Shown one piece after another: positions 9,103 through 20,178 of a stretch of 64,000 bases of DNA; within the stretch, counting starts at the first letter, position 1, and the number at the start of each line of letters is the position of its first letter. The stretch lies in the NCBI GenBank assembly GCA_963691875.1, contig OY829846.1, forward strand, positions 384,001 to 448,000. Direction: 5' to 3'. The stretch comes from Aureliella sp. GTDB lineage: Bacteria; Planctomycetota; Planctomycetia; Pirellulales; Pirellulaceae. Made by a program: the position numbers and the translations under genes. The notes under the pieces are model-generated. The model was not told the DNA's origin. It worked only from the letters and a program-made list of their open reading frames with translations, and did not search any database.

Positions 9103-11694
9103 TTGATGCGACTGTCTCTCTCTGTTTTCTTGTTCACTCTGGCGTTTGCGGGTGTCTCTGCGGGTGCTGAATCGTCGCGCCTTTTCGGCGAGATGCCGGA
9201 GAAGCACTTTGCGGTCTTTGATAAGTACTGCCTCGATTGTCACGACTCATTAACCGAGAAGGGCAGCGTGAACTTGGAGGATCTTCCCTTCACGATGGAT
9301 TCCGTCGAATCGGCGGAACGCTGGCAGAAAGTGCTCAATTCCTTGAACTCGGGGGAGATGCCACCCGACGACAAAAAGCAGCTCACAGACGAAGAGAAGA
9401 CAGAGTTTCTTGCCGATCTTTCGAATCAACTCGTCGTGGCACGCGACGCTCTCGCCGACAGTGGCGGCGTCATCACGATGCGCCGGCTCAACCGTCGCGA
9501 ATACGAAAATACGATCGAAGATTTGCTGGGTGTCAGGATTCATGTTGGGGATCTCCCGGATGAGACCGGTTCCGGGAGTTTTGATACCGATGGATCGTCC
9601 CTGTTCTTTTCCAGTGATCAGCTCGAGACCTACCTGAGGCTCGCCGAGCATGCGCTCGACTTTGCGATGGAAGGAGGCAAGAAGCCCAATGTGGCGAAGA
9701 AGAGGGTGCAGACCGAGGACCTCATGATGGCTCGAATGCAGGACGCGATCCTGAAGATTGGGGAAGAGTATTTTGAGAAGGCATACCCCAAGGGCAAGAT
9801 TCCTTCTCATCCCAGCATCGAGGAGATGCAGAAGGCGCTCGAGAGGAGGAAGAGCTATCGTTGGGCCAATCACGAAGCCTGGCTCGCGAATCCGGCCTCG
9901 AGGACGGGAACGCCGCTCTACAATCTGTTCATTGACTTCGCGCTGCCGGATGTCCGCCTGCCTTATGATGGGGTGAAGCAAACGTTCAAGATTCGCATCC
10001 GGGCAGCGCTGCTGCAGGATGACCTGCCGGAGTTTCGAGCCTATCTCGAATACGGAAGTGGCAGCGATGGCTCACGGAAGGGAGAGCTCAACGTCGCCGG
10101 TTTCAAAAAGATTACCGGGACGATGGAAGAGCCTCAGATCCTGGAATTTGACTACATTCCACAGGACGCCGCGGGTCTGCGGTTTTCGGTTCGCGAACGG
10201 CACATCAATCAGAAAAATGCCGCGAAGGTCTTCTTTCGGGATGTCTATTTCGATGAAGAAAATGGCGGTGTCGGACCACCTCCCGCGATCTGGGTCGATT
10301 GGATCGAATGGGAAGGACCGATGATCGAGGAATGGCCGCCCGCTCCCTACCAGAAGCTCTTCATTCTACGAAAGGAAAACCAGACCACGGAGCAGTATCA
10401 CCGGGCGGTGTTGGTCAATTTTGCGAAGCGGGCGTTCCGGACCAAAGAGCCGTCGAGCGAATTTATCGATAAGTTGATGGTGCGCTACGGTGAAGATGTT
10501 GAGGGAGGGGCTGATCCGAAGAAGGCGCTGAAGGATCAATTCGCTATCGTCCTGACATCCCCTGAATTTCTTTACCTGAATGAGCCGACGCACGGCGAAG
10601 AGCACCGAGAGCTGAACGATGTTGAGCTGGCGGTTCGGCTTTCCTATTTTCTCTGGAGCTCTCCCCCGGACGAAACCTTGCTCGCGTTGGCGGAGCAGGG
10701 GAAGCTCAAGGATCGGAAGGAGCTCCGGAAGCAAACGCTTCGCCTGCTGCGGGATCCCAAGGCGGAGAGCTTCATCGAAGGGTTCGTTCACCAGTGGCTT
10801 CACATGGAGCGACTCGATTTCTTCCAATTCAACTACGAGACCTTTCCGCGTTATGATGACAGCTTAAAGGAGGCGGGCCGGGAAGAGGTGTATCAGACCA
10901 TCCTGGATGTGGTTCGTGAGGAACGTCCGATCGGGGAGTTTCTGAAATCCGATCACGTCGTGATCAACGATATTCTTGCCGGGCACTATGGCATCGACGG
11001 CGTCGAAGGAGAACACTATCGCCGCGTGTCGGTTCCGGACGGATTGCCGCGAGGCGGGTTCATGGGAATGACTGCCGTCATGGCGATGGGCTCGGACGGA
11101 GAAAAGACGTCTCCTGTCGAGCGCGGTGCCTGGGTGATGCGCAACTTGCTGAATGCGGCACCTCCGCACGCACCGCCGAACGTGCCTCAGCTCAGCCGCT
11201 TTGACGGGGAAGTCATCAACGCCCGCAAGCGGCTGCTCATCCACCAGGAGGAACCGCAGTGCGCCCAGTGCCACCAGCGCATCGATCCTCTCGGTTTCGG
11301 GTTGGAGAATTTCGATGCCATTGGGCAGTGGCGGGAGAAGGAGGTAGTTCAGTTGCCGAATCCCAAATTCTCTGATCGCGAGAAGGCGGATGACCCCAAC
11401 TGGCGGGACAAGATTCCGAAGCCTCAGTTTTTTGAAATCGACCCCTCTGGAACGCTTCCGGACGGAACGCCCTTCAGTGACTTTTTCGAACTGCGGGATC
11501 GCATCTACGACCAGCGGGCAAACTTTGCCCGGGGCTTTACCGAAAACCTCATCGCCTACGCGTTGGGGCGTCCCTTAGGTTTTGCCGACGAAAAGATGGC
11601 GAACCAGATTCTGACCCGCGCCGAAGCGAATGACTTTGTCGCCACGGAGCTTATTTTAGGCGTGGTGCAGTCCAAACGATTTCGAATGAAGTGA
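9103..11694 (+). CDS. DUF1592-type planctomycete cytochrome c / PSD-domain protein
   Basis: CLDCH and CAQCH heme-type motifs; MRRLNRREYENTI; LSYFLWSSPPD; TSPVERGAW; ENFDAIGQWR. Confidence 0.93.
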   Translation: MMRLSLSVFLFTLAFAGVSAGAESSRLFGEMPEKHFAVFDKYCLDCHDSLTEKGSVNLEDLPFTMDSVESAERWQKVLNSLNSGEMPPDDKKQLTDEEKTEFLADLSNQLVVARDALADSGGVITMRRLNRREYENTIEDLLGVRIHVGDLPDETGSGSFDTDGSSLFFSSDQLETYLRLAEHALDFAMEGGKKPNVAKKRVQTEDLMMARMQDAILKIGEEYFEKAYPKGKIPSHPSIEEMQKALERRKSYRWANHEAWLANPASRTGTPLYNLFIDFALPDVRLPYDGVKQTFKIRIRAALLQDDLPEFRAYLEYGSGSDGSRKGELNVAGFKKITGTMEEPQILEFDYIPQDAAGLRFSVRERHINQKNAAKVFFRDVYFDEENGGVGPPPAIWVDWIEWEGPMIEEWPPAPYQKLFILRKENQTTEQYHRAVLVNFAKRAFRTKEPSSEFIDKLMVRYGEDVEGGADPKKALKDQFAIVLTSPEFLYLNEPTHGEEHRELNDVELAVRLSYFLWSSPPDETLLALAEQGKLKDRKELRKQTLRLLRDPKAESFIEGFVHQWLHMERLDFFQFNYETFPRYDDSLKEAGREEVYQTILDVVREERPIGEFLKSDHVVINDILAGHYGIDGVEGEHYRRVSVPDGLPRGGFMGMTAVMAMGSDGEKTSPVERGAWVMRNLLNAAPPHAPPNVPQLSRFDGEVINARKRLLIHQEEPQCAQCHQRIDPLGFGLENFDAIGQWREKEVVQLPNPKFSDREKADDPNWRDKIPKPQFFEIDPSGTLPDGTPFSDFFELRDRIYDQRANFARGFTENLIAYALGRPLGFADEKMANQILTRAEANDFVATELILGVVQSKRFRMK

Positions 11695-11701
11695 TTGATT
11701 C

Positions 11702-12985
11702 ATGAATAGCTCACGAAGAACTTTCCTCAGAAGTGGCAGCACGATGCTGGCGCTCCCTGCTCTCGAGTCACTCGGGTTCACTCGCTTCGCCAAGGCGGCG
11801 GCGCCGGCGAAAGCGCCCAAGCGCATGGTGTTTCTCTCCATGGGGTGGGGCGTGACCAAGGAGACTTGGTTTCCGAAGGTCGATCAGGTGGGAGCGAATT
11901 ACGAATTGCCGGAAAGCCTCAGTCCTCTGGCAGACCATCGAGGTGATATCACGATCATCCAGAACCTGATGCACCAGTTCTCCAACGAAGCGCACTGGGG
12001 GAGCACGATGTGGCTGACGGGTGCGAATCGCTATGCGGTTCCCGGCCAGAGTTTTCACAACACGATTTCCGTGGATCAGGTCGCCGCAAAGCAGTTCGGC
12101 CAGGAGACACGTTTCAATTCGCTGCAGTTCGCAGGAAAAAGCGCAGAAGGACACGGTGGGCCATTGTCCTGGAACCAACAGGGCAAACCACTTTCTTCTC
12201 TGGAAACTCCGGTGGCTGCCTTTCACCGGCTGTTCTCGCAGGCCGACACACCACTCGAGGAGCGCCAGGCGATGCTGAGAAAGCAGCGCAGTGTTCTTGA
12301 TAGTGTCAGATCAAGCGCGAAGTCCGTGCAGAAGGGGCTCACCCAAACGGACGTCGACAAGCTCGACGAATACTTCCAGTCGATCCGCGAAATTGAGATT
12401 CGCCTTTCCAAGGAAGAAGCGTGGATGGAAATCCCGAAACGCCAGCCAACGGATCCTGTCAAAGAACCGGATGCCAGCATCGAAGGTTACGAGGAGATCA
12501 AGTTGATGTACGACTTCATGATCGCAGCGATGCAGGTCGATGCGACGCGACTCTTCACCTATTGCATGCCGACCGATACGCTGGTTCAGAGTCTCGGAGC
12601 CACCATGAGTTCCCACAACATGAGCCACTACTCTTCCGAAGGGGGAGAGAAGAAGGAGGTCTCCATTCAGCGTGACCAGGCCCACGCACGATTGCTGGCC
12701 TACTTTATCGATCGGCTCAAGGCATCGAAAGAAGCCGATGGCAGTTCACTCTACGACAACACCGTGGCGACTTTCGGCAGCAACATCAGTTCGATCCATT
12801 ACCTGACCAATTGCCCAACGCTCATCACCGGCGGAGGCGCCGGCGTTCAACACGGGCGACATCTTGTGATGCCGGATCCTAAGACACCTTTGTGCAATCT
12901 CTGGCTCAGTCTGCTGAATGGTGTTGGGGTTGAGACGGACAGTTTTGGGGATAGCAATGGGATGATCGAGGGATTGGTTGGGTAG
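11702..12985 (+). CDS. DUF1552 (HXXSHH) protein
   Basis: Tat-like SRRTFL; ISVDQVAA; SHNMSHY; PLCNLWLSLL. Canonical partner of DUF1592. Confidence 0.92.
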   Translation: MNSSRRTFLRSGSTMLALPALESLGFTRFAKAAAPAKAPKRMVFLSMGWGVTKETWFPKVDQVGANYELPESLSPLADHRGDITIIQNLMHQFSNEAHWGSTMWLTGANRYAVPGQSFHNTISVDQVAAKQFGQETRFNSLQFAGKSAEGHGGPLSWNQQGKPLSSLETPVAAFHRLFSQADTPLEERQAMLRKQRSVLDSVRSSAKSVQKGLTQTDVDKLDEYFQSIREIEIRLSKEEAWMEIPKRQPTDPVKEPDASIEGYEEIKLMYDFMIAAMQVDATRLFTYCMPTDTLVQSLGATMSSHNMSHYSSEGGEKKEVSIQRDQAHARLLAYFIDRLKASKEADGSSLYDNTVATFGSNISSIHYLTNCPTLITGGGAGVQHGRHLVMPDPKTPLCNLWLSLLNGVGVETDSFGDSNGMIEGLVG

Positions 12986-12996
12986 GCCAAACGCGT

Positions 12997-13337
12997 TCAC
13001 TGTTTCATCAACTCCACCATCGCCTTGCCCATCGCTTCGCCGACATTCATATAAGTCTCGGCATTGCCGCCATAGTGGGCGCCCGAGCTGCCGCCTTTGG
13101 AAAGCGGATGTGTGTAAACCGCGGCGACGTTGCCTTTGAACTCGGGGTATTTCCCGGAGCCGCCATCGACGGAGAGCATGGCGTCGAGGATCTTTCCTCC
13201 GCCGTTGGTCGCTCCTTTTTCGGTTTGTCCGAGAGAGGCGCAGACGAAGTTGGCATTCGGGGCGTCGAACTCTTTGCGCAGCTGCTTGATCAGGTTCACG
13301 AGGTTGTGTTCGTAGCGACGGGAAAGTGCTTCGTGAC
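12997..13337 (-). pseudogene. C-terminal fragment of a sialate O-acetylesterase (SASA/SGNH) family protein
   Basis: YEHNLVNLIKQLRKEF...HYGGNAETYMNVGEAMG. No N-terminal part upstream. Confidence 0.75.
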
Positions 13338-13442
13338 GCCGTGGGCTATTGGATCAAACCCGTTCGCCGCCTTTGGCCCGTAAAAGTGGATAAAAATGTG
13401 GGTAATTTGATTCCCACCGGGAGTATCACTTTTGGACAAACC

Positions 13443-15200
13443 ATGAATCACTTCAGCATTTTCTCTCTCTTTGGCATTTGGCTCGCCATTTCCTCGTCAG
13501 TTTGGGCTGAAGATCAGCCGCTCAAGGAGTGGAACGACGTGACCTTTGCCGAGCCTGAGACGGGGGCGCTGGCACTGGATGTCATTCGGCCGGATGACGG
13601 CGAGCTGCGACCTGCCGTGCTCTGCCTGCACGGAGGTTTCTGGGTTAAGGGCACCCGCAAGAACATTCGCCCGCTCGCTGAGGAGTTCGCAAAGCGAGGT
13701 TATGTTGGAGTGGCGTCGTCCTATCGGCTGACGGGGGTTGCGCCCTATCCGGCTCAGATTGACGATACCCGGGCGGCAATTCGTTATCTGCGGGAGAATG
13801 CGGCGAAATATGGGATCGATCCCGATCGCATCGGGGTGACCGGCTCCTCGGCGGGAGGATTCCTCGCGGTGCTGGCTGCGACCGAAAACAGCAGCGAAGC
13901 CATCGAGCGTCCCAACGCGGCGGTGGGAATGGGCGCACAGAGCGACTTGACGGCGACTCACCTTCAAAATGTGGATTCGGGGAAGTCAGCGGAGAACTGG
14001 ACCAGGTTCATGGGCGGTATCTACCGGGACGTTCCGGGGAACTACGCGGTCGCATCACCCCTGAAACATTTGTCTGGCGACGATGTGCCAGTGGCCATTG
14101 TCTGCGGGGAGTTCGATCACGAGTCCACGCGAGCGGAACGCTTTCGCCAGGAAGCCTTTCGATTGGGCATTCCGACGGGATTGACCGTGATTCCGGGCGC
14201 GCCTCATGGCCTGCTGGCGAAGGAGGAACATCGCACTGCGGCTGTGGATGCGGTGGATGCGTTTTTTCAGAAATATCTCGGGACGGAAAAAACCGGCCGC
14301 GTGCCTGTGGTCGTGGAATCGGAGAAGGGCGTGGAATTGGGCATTGAATCTCTCGCGGATGAATGGCTTCGACTCGGCGGTGGCTACAGCGGCTGCGAAG
14401 GCGTCCAATGGCTGAAGCCGGAAGAGGGCCGTGAAGCGGAATTGATTTTCGCGGCCCATCATGATCATCTGCTTTTCCGATGGTCTGAATCTGGAGGACT
14501 GCGGCTGTGGAAAGAAGGTACACCGGAAACCAGTTCGATCCGGCCCGCGAAGGAGGGGATGTTTGCGCTGGAACAAACAACGCGTCGCCTTGTGAGAATG
14601 ACCTCGAAGAACAATGAGGTAGAGGTGCTTGCCGAACAGTTTGAAGGAAAGCGGCTGAATCGTCCCAATGATCTTCGCATTCGACCCGGGAAGGGGACGG
14701 TCTGGTTTACGGATCCGAACTATTTATTCAGGCAGCGCCCGCTGGAGACCCAGGAGTTGCCCGGTCAGTGGGTGTTCCGTTATGATCCGTCTGTCGAAGG
14801 TGAGGAGGCACTGACCGCTCCGATTCGGGACCTGGCGATTCCCAACGGAATTGCTTTCAACGGCAGCGGCACGCGTCTGTTTGTGGGAGATTCCAGGGCG
14901 AGAAAAGTGATGGGGTATGACATTGCGAAGAATGGTCAGATTGTTGGGGAGCCGGAGGTGGTCGCTTCATTTTCGAAGGGAATTGACGGAATTTCTCTCG
15001 CTCCTGATGGACGTCTCTGGGTCGCGACACGGACCGGAGTTTCCATCATCACCCAGCAGGGGCAGACGGTGGGTTTCCTCCCGATGCCAGGTCCGTGCAC
15101 GTCGACGGATTTTGTCGCCGATGGCGATTTTCACTGGGTGGCCCTAAGTACGCGAGAGGCTGCCCACGTCGTGAAGATGCGTTTCGCCGGGGCGAAGTGA
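13443..15200 (+). CDS. Secreted fusion of an alpha/beta-hydrolase (esterase) and an SMP-30/gluconolactonase domain
   Basis: HGGFW, GSSAGG, GAPHG; then LNRPNDL, WFTDP, PNGIAF, DGISL. Start at MNHFSIF with signal peptide. Confidence 0.88.
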   Translation: MNHFSIFSLFGIWLAISSSVWAEDQPLKEWNDVTFAEPETGALALDVIRPDDGELRPAVLCLHGGFWVKGTRKNIRPLAEEFAKRGYVGVASSYRLTGVAPYPAQIDDTRAAIRYLRENAAKYGIDPDRIGVTGSSAGGFLAVLAATENSSEAIERPNAAVGMGAQSDLTATHLQNVDSGKSAENWTRFMGGIYRDVPGNYAVASPLKHLSGDDVPVAIVCGEFDHESTRAERFRQEAFRLGIPTGLTVIPGAPHGLLAKEEHRTAAVDAVDAFFQKYLGTEKTGRVPVVVESEKGVELGIESLADEWLRLGGGYSGCEGVQWLKPEEGREAELIFAAHHDHLLFRWSESGGLRLWKEGTPETSSIRPAKEGMFALEQTTRRLVRMTSKNNEVEVLAEQFEGKRLNRPNDLRIRPGKGTVWFTDPNYLFRQRPLETQELPGQWVFRYDPSVEGEEALTAPIRDLAIPNGIAFNGSGTRLFVGDSRARKVMGYDIAKNGQIVGEPEVVASFSKGIDGISLAPDGRLWVATRTGVSIITQQGQTVGFLPMPGPCTSTDFVADGDFHWVALSTREAAHVVKMRFAGAK

Positions 15201-15248
15201 GCGAAGGAAAATCTCAACCTATTCAGCTTTTTAAAAACCAAAAAAACT

Positions 15249-16454
15249 ATGAGCGATCCAACGAACCCAATTTCATCCTTATCCCGCCGCCAGTTCACTC
15301 GTGGCGGCATCGCTACCGCCCTCGCTGCTGGCGTAGCTCCATCTTTTCATCAGGTTATGGCTCAGGGCGGTGGCAAAAAACTGGGCCTCGCCATTGTGGG
15401 GCTAGGAGGGTATGCCACCGGTAATATTGCTCCGGAGGTCGCTTCTTGTGAACACGTCACCCTGGCCGGCGTCGTGACCGGCAACCCGGACACGAAGGGC
15501 AAAGAGTGGGCCGCGCAGTATGGCTTCCCCGCGGACGCAATCTATACCTACGACACCGTCGATAAAATCGCTGCCGACGACCGAATCGATATGGTCCACA
15601 TCGCACTGCCGAATTCCATGCACGCCGAGTTTGCGATCAAGTGCGCCAGGGCCGGCAAACACGTCATGGTGGAAAAGCCCATGGCGATCTCCAGTGAGGA
15701 ATGTGAAGCGATGATCGCTCCGGCAAAGGAAGCGGGCGTTCTGCTCGGAGTGAATTACCGTCTCCACTGGGAGCCGCATCACGTCAAAGCGATTGAGTTG
15801 GTGGCCAAGGGTGTCATCGGCGACATCGCCTGCGGCAACTACGAGTTCTCCTGGGGCTATGCCGGGGCCTTGATGGGCCCTAACAAAGACAAGATCAAGA
15901 AGTGGCTGCTCGACCCGAAGATGGCCGGTGGCGGCGCGCTTTTTGATACAGGCGTTTATCCGATCCAGGCGGCTTGCTATTTGACCGGAAAAGAGCCGGT
16001 CTCGGTGCGAGGTTTTGCTTCCAAGGTGCACCCGGAGTTGTTCCCCGACGGCGTCGAAGAAACGATGAGTTTCGAAATGCTCTTCGACGATGGCTTCCAG
16101 GCATTGTGCCGGGCCAGCTACAGTCAGAGTTATCACCAGTGCACCACCTTGGGGAACAAGGGTGCGATCGAGATTCGAGGTGGTCTTCGTGAGGACGGTC
16201 GTCCCGGCAACGTATTTACTCAGTCGAATGGTACGCCGAACCCGAAGTTGCTGTTCCACAATCGCCGGGAGATCAAAGCCAGGCAGACCCTGCAGCAGGC
16301 CACGCTGCTCGATGCCTTTGCGACAACGATTAAGAAGGGCGACAAGACATTCAAGACTCCCGGCGAAATGGGCCTGCGAGACATCCGTATTGCGGAGAAG
16401 GTCTACGAATCCGCGGCCAAAGGTGGTATGAGCGTGGAGGTCCAGGCGCTATGA
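15249..16454 (+). CDS. Gfo/Idh/MocA oxidoreductase (Tat-exported)
   Basis: SRRQF; GLGGYA; HVMVEKPMA; GGGALFDTGVY. Confidence 0.93.
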   Translation: MSDPTNPISSLSRRQFTRGGIATALAAGVAPSFHQVMAQGGGKKLGLAIVGLGGYATGNIAPEVASCEHVTLAGVVTGNPDTKGKEWAAQYGFPADAIYTYDTVDKIAADDRIDMVHIALPNSMHAEFAIKCARAGKHVMVEKPMAISSEECEAMIAPAKEAGVLLGVNYRLHWEPHHVKAIELVAKGVIGDIACGNYEFSWGYAGALMGPNKDKIKKWLLDPKMAGGGALFDTGVYPIQAACYLTGKEPVSVRGFASKVHPELFPDGVEETMSFEMLFDDGFQALCRASYSQSYHQCTTLGNKGAIEIRGGLREDGRPGNVFTQSNGTPNPKLLFHNRREIKARQTLQQATLLDAFATTIKKGDKTFKTPGEMGLRDIRIAEKVYESAAKGGMSVEVQAL

Positions 16455-17932
16455 TTAAGAAACTTGTTTATCTACTTTGCGTCTTCGGAGGCGTCCTTTC
16501 GTCACACGCGGCAGACCGACCCAATGTGCTTTTCATCATGGCAGATGACCTGCGTCCGCAGCTGGGGAGTTATGGTGACCCGGTCGTGAAGACGCCTCGC
16601 CTCGATGCCTTTGCGGAGGAGTCGCTGCGATTCAATCGGGCCTACGTGCAGAGTGCCGTCTGCAGCCCTTCGCGCAATTCCATGATGAGCGGACTACGGC
16701 CCAACACGACGGGACTCCGTGGCTTCGGCGTGCACTTGCGCGACGCGGTGCCGGATGTGGTGACGCTGCCGCAGTATTTTAAGGAGAACGGCTATCACTC
16801 TCAGGCCTTTGGTAAGATCTATCACATCTACGACGAGTCGATGCTGGGCGATGAAAATGATCCGGAATCCTGGAGTGTTCCCTTGCAGTGGCCCTCGGTT
16901 CACGTCTGGGGACCGGAGCAGAATGCGCTTCGCAACCGCTTGATCGCAGAAGCGCGTGCGGCGGGAGAAGCCTTTGATCATCCTCACGATTGGCCTCGCG
17001 CCGAAACCTGGGACGACAGCGATGTGCCGGACGAAAAAATGCAGGACGGCGAGACCGCGTTGATGGCGGCGGATTTTCTCAAGTCGCGGATGGACAATGA
17101 GGAACCCTTCTTTCTGGCAGTGGGCTTTCTGCGCCCGCATTTGCCCTTCAATGCGCCGAAGAAGTACTGGGAACTCTACGAGCCGGAGACCATCGAGTTG
17201 CCCACCTTTCGCGATCTTCCCGAAGGCGCGCCGAAGTGGGCGGTGTCTCAGGGGATCGTGGCGAACTACCACAACATGCCGGCATTTGAGAGCATCGATG
17301 AGGCCTTTTTGAAGCGTTATATTCAAGCCTACCTGGCCTGCATCAGCTACGTGGATGCCTGCTTCGGCCGGGTAATTGATGCTTTGGAAGCTTCCGGGCA
17401 CGCCGACAACACGATCATCGTGTTTGTCGGGGATCACGGCTATCAGATGGGCGAATACGATTCCTGGGGGCATAAGCACTCCAACTTTGAGATTTCTACG
17501 AGGGTGCCACTGCTCATGAAGGTGCCTGGAATGGAGCGGGCAGGCGAGGTGTATGAGGAACCGATGGAGTGCCTCGATCTCTATCCCACCTTGGCGGATC
17601 TGGCAGGCCTCGAAGTCCCCGAAGGGCCGGAGGGTCAGAGCCTGGCTGTGTTGTTTCGCGATAAGGAAGCTATCCCGGAGCGTGTCTTCGCTTGCAGCGA
17701 AATGAAGCGCAAAGGTCGGGTCGGTCGCAGTATTCGTGATCGCGATTTTCGCTACACCGAATGGCGCAATGCTTCCGGGATGATCGTCGCGCGAGAATTG
17801 TACCATCATGACGATGGTTCTTTTCTCGAGAAGGAGAATGTCATCGGGCAGGAGTCGTATCGTGATGCGATGGCAGAACTAAGGACTCAGCTACACGAAT
17901 TGGTGCCACATGAGGCTCCGGAAGGAAAATAG
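16451..17932 (+). CDS. Sulfatase (S1, iduronate-2-sulfatase-like)
   Basis: PNVLFIMADD; CSPSR; GKIYH; GFLRPHLP; GDHGY. Confidence 0.95.
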   Translation: MIKKLVYLLCVFGGVLSSHAADRPNVLFIMADDLRPQLGSYGDPVVKTPRLDAFAEESLRFNRAYVQSAVCSPSRNSMMSGLRPNTTGLRGFGVHLRDAVPDVVTLPQYFKENGYHSQAFGKIYHIYDESMLGDENDPESWSVPLQWPSVHVWGPEQNALRNRLIAEARAAGEAFDHPHDWPRAETWDDSDVPDEKMQDGETALMAADFLKSRMDNEEPFFLAVGFLRPHLPFNAPKKYWELYEPETIELPTFRDLPEGAPKWAVSQGIVANYHNMPAFESIDEAFLKRYIQAYLACISYVDACFGRVIDALEASGHADNTIIVFVGDHGYQMGEYDSWGHKHSNFEISTRVPLLMKVPGMERAGEVYEEPMECLDLYPTLADLAGLEVPEGPEGQSLAVLFRDKEAIPERVFACSEMKRKGRVGRSIRDRDFRYTEWRNASGMIVARELYHHDDGSFLEKENVIGQESYRDAMAELRTQLHELVPHEAPEGK

Positions 17933-18017
17933 AGTCTGGCTGCGGCTTCAGAGGCAAAGGCCGAGCCGTGGTTGGCGCGAGGATCGGGCTGGACGTGAAA
18001 CAGAAAATCCTAGATCA

Positions 18018-20138
18018 ATGTCAATACACTACAATCAGTTAATTTCTATCCTCCTTATTCTCGCATGCTTCGCTTTGCCTTCCCGGGCCGAGCAGCTATT
18101 TGTGGGGCCGGATGGCAAGGACACAAATCCTGGCACTTTTGCTGCCCCTTTTGCCTCCATCGAAAAGGCCCGGAACACCGTCCGGAATCTGAAGAAAAAT
18201 CAGGCGATTACGGTGTATTTTCTAAGAGGCGAATACCAAATTCAGAATCCCGTCATCTTCACAACCATGGATTCCGGCACCCCCGCCTATCCGGTGACCT
18301 ACAAGACCTGGGGCGAAGCCGGATCGGCCCGACTGACCAGCGTTCGTCGAATCAACAATTGGACTCCGGAAGGAAACGGAATTTACTCCGCCGAGTTGAC
18401 TCATCCCGTTCATGCGGTTTACGAGAACGGCACTCCCGGGATCGTTGCCCGCGAACCGGATGCCCACGAAGGAGAAGGCCGGACCGGATACTATCTCCTC
18501 GAAAACGGCGTTTCTCCTAGCAGCGTTCAATACAGGGCTGGACAATTCGCCAATTTTGACGATTCGCAGGCATCGATTCAGCTGTGGCCAGTCAACTGGC
18601 TGCATCATCATTTCCCGATCGAGGACGTCAATTATCAATCCCGTGTCATCAGTTTTACGGGAGTTCTGAACAGTCCCGGAATCCCCAACACCAGGTTCTT
18701 TCTCGAAAATGCCCGATCGTTCCTCGACCAACCCGGCGAGTTCTATGTCGATCGAAAAACAAAAACGCTTTACTACAAACCTCGAAATGAACCGATCGAT
18801 CAACAACTGATCACGTTGCCCCTTTCCAGGAGAATCCTCAGAATCGAGGGGAAGAGCCTCAGATACCCGGTCCACGATCTTCATTTCGAGGGACTCGCCC
18901 TTTCCGGCGTCGACAGACATTCGCCGGGAACACCTGGCCACGATACGCGGGGCATCAGTATCTTCAACGCCAATGGGATCGAACTACGCAAACTGCTCAT
19001 CGAAAACGCGGGAGATGATGCCATCTTTCTCTGGTCGGGAGCATCCAATATCCGGATCTCAGACTGCGGCATTCGGGGAAGTCGTTTTGGTATCCGATCG
19101 TGGTCGGAGGCACCCGAAAAGTCCTTTGTCAGCCAGGATAAACCGGTGGTTTATGATATTTCTGCACTAACCATCACTAACAACGTCCTCTGGGACATCG
19201 GGGAAACCGCGATCCATATTGGAAGCGCCAATTCAGTCGATATTGGATACAACCAAATCAGTAGTTGCCGAAGGTCGGGAATCAGCCTCTGGACTGCAAA
19301 CCAATGCAGAATCCACCACAATCAAATCAATCATGTCGCCCTCGAATTCAAGGATGTGGCCGCCGGTGTCTACGTGAACGTATTGAGCAGAGGCATAATG
19401 ATCGAGGACAATCGCATTCATGATATTTGCTTCCTGGACCATCCGGAGGGAGCTCCCAGCAAGGCGATCTATCTCGACTACGACGTCAATGCGAATATTG
19501 CCGTGAGGAGGAATGTCATCTACGGACTCGCCCCCGGAGTGAAGTCAGTAAAACTCGGCGGGCGAGGTGTCACCTATCAACACAATATTCTGGATAACCG
19601 GGGCAATCGCGGACCTTACGCAAAGCTTCAATTCTGGGGAGGCAGCAACTCCATTCGTTGGGTTCCCTGGCTGGTCGGACAGGAAAACTGGGACAAAAAC
19701 ATGAAAATTCAGGGGAATGTGTTTCTCGCGGATTCGCCAGACGACGGGGATTTCATCCACTTCAATAACAAAAAGGGCTGGGAAGACGTCATGACGATTG
19801 GGGTCCTTCAGAACACTCTTTCCGCAAGCGACCGTAATCTCTTTTACAACCCTGCCGTCGCATTGAAATCTTTTCGCCTCTGCCATTACCGGATCGAAGA
19901 CTGGCAGCGGTTCGGGGGGAAAGGCTACGATCGCAACTCGCTGTTTCAAAAGGACCCCCTGTTCAACGACCTGGAGAAAAGGGACTACACCTTTTCCCGC
20001 GAATCCCCGGCACTGGGCCTCGGAATACCTCAATTGGACGCCGCCAAGGTCGAAGGCGTAGGCCCCTCCCCAGGCTACCCCTACTTTCATCTTGTTCCCA
20101 AGAGAGGTAGCCGTGTGGCGTTAACCGTACCCTGGTAG
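18018..20138 (+). CDS. Secreted right-handed parallel beta-helix protein (GH141-like N-terminus)
   Basis: FVGPDGKDTNPGT..PFASIEKAR; LDQPGEFY; repeated I.NN.I beta-helix pattern; AIYLD. Confidence 0.85.
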   Translation: MSIHYNQLISILLILACFALPSRAEQLFVGPDGKDTNPGTFAAPFASIEKARNTVRNLKKNQAITVYFLRGEYQIQNPVIFTTMDSGTPAYPVTYKTWGEAGSARLTSVRRINNWTPEGNGIYSAELTHPVHAVYENGTPGIVAREPDAHEGEGRTGYYLLENGVSPSSVQYRAGQFANFDDSQASIQLWPVNWLHHHFPIEDVNYQSRVISFTGVLNSPGIPNTRFFLENARSFLDQPGEFYVDRKTKTLYYKPRNEPIDQQLITLPLSRRILRIEGKSLRYPVHDLHFEGLALSGVDRHSPGTPGHDTRGISIFNANGIELRKLLIENAGDDAIFLWSGASNIRISDCGIRGSRFGIRSWSEAPEKSFVSQDKPVVYDISALTITNNVLWDIGETAIHIGSANSVDIGYNQISSCRRSGISLWTANQCRIHHNQINHVALEFKDVAAGVYVNVLSRGIMIEDNRIHDICFLDHPEGAPSKAIYLDYDVNANIAVRRNVIYGLAPGVKSVKLGGRGVTYQHNILDNRGNRGPYAKLQFWGGSNSIRWVPWLVGQENWDKNMKIQGNVFLADSPDDGDFIHFNNKKGWEDVMTIGVLQNTLSASDRNLFYNPAVALKSFRLCHYRIEDWQRFGGKGYDRNSLFQKDPLFNDLEKRDYTFSRESPALGLGIPQLDAAKVEGVGPSPGYPYFHLVPKRGSRVALTVPW

Positions 20139-20178
20139 CGAACACTAATAAACATGAACCGGATGGGTTCCGGAGAAT

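Noticed and set aside
16694..17809. Long antisense ORFs (this one, 15402..16259, 8422..9243, 981..1766 and others)
   Set aside because: They shadow well-supported genes on the opposite strand and show no motifs; expected in GC-rich DNA.
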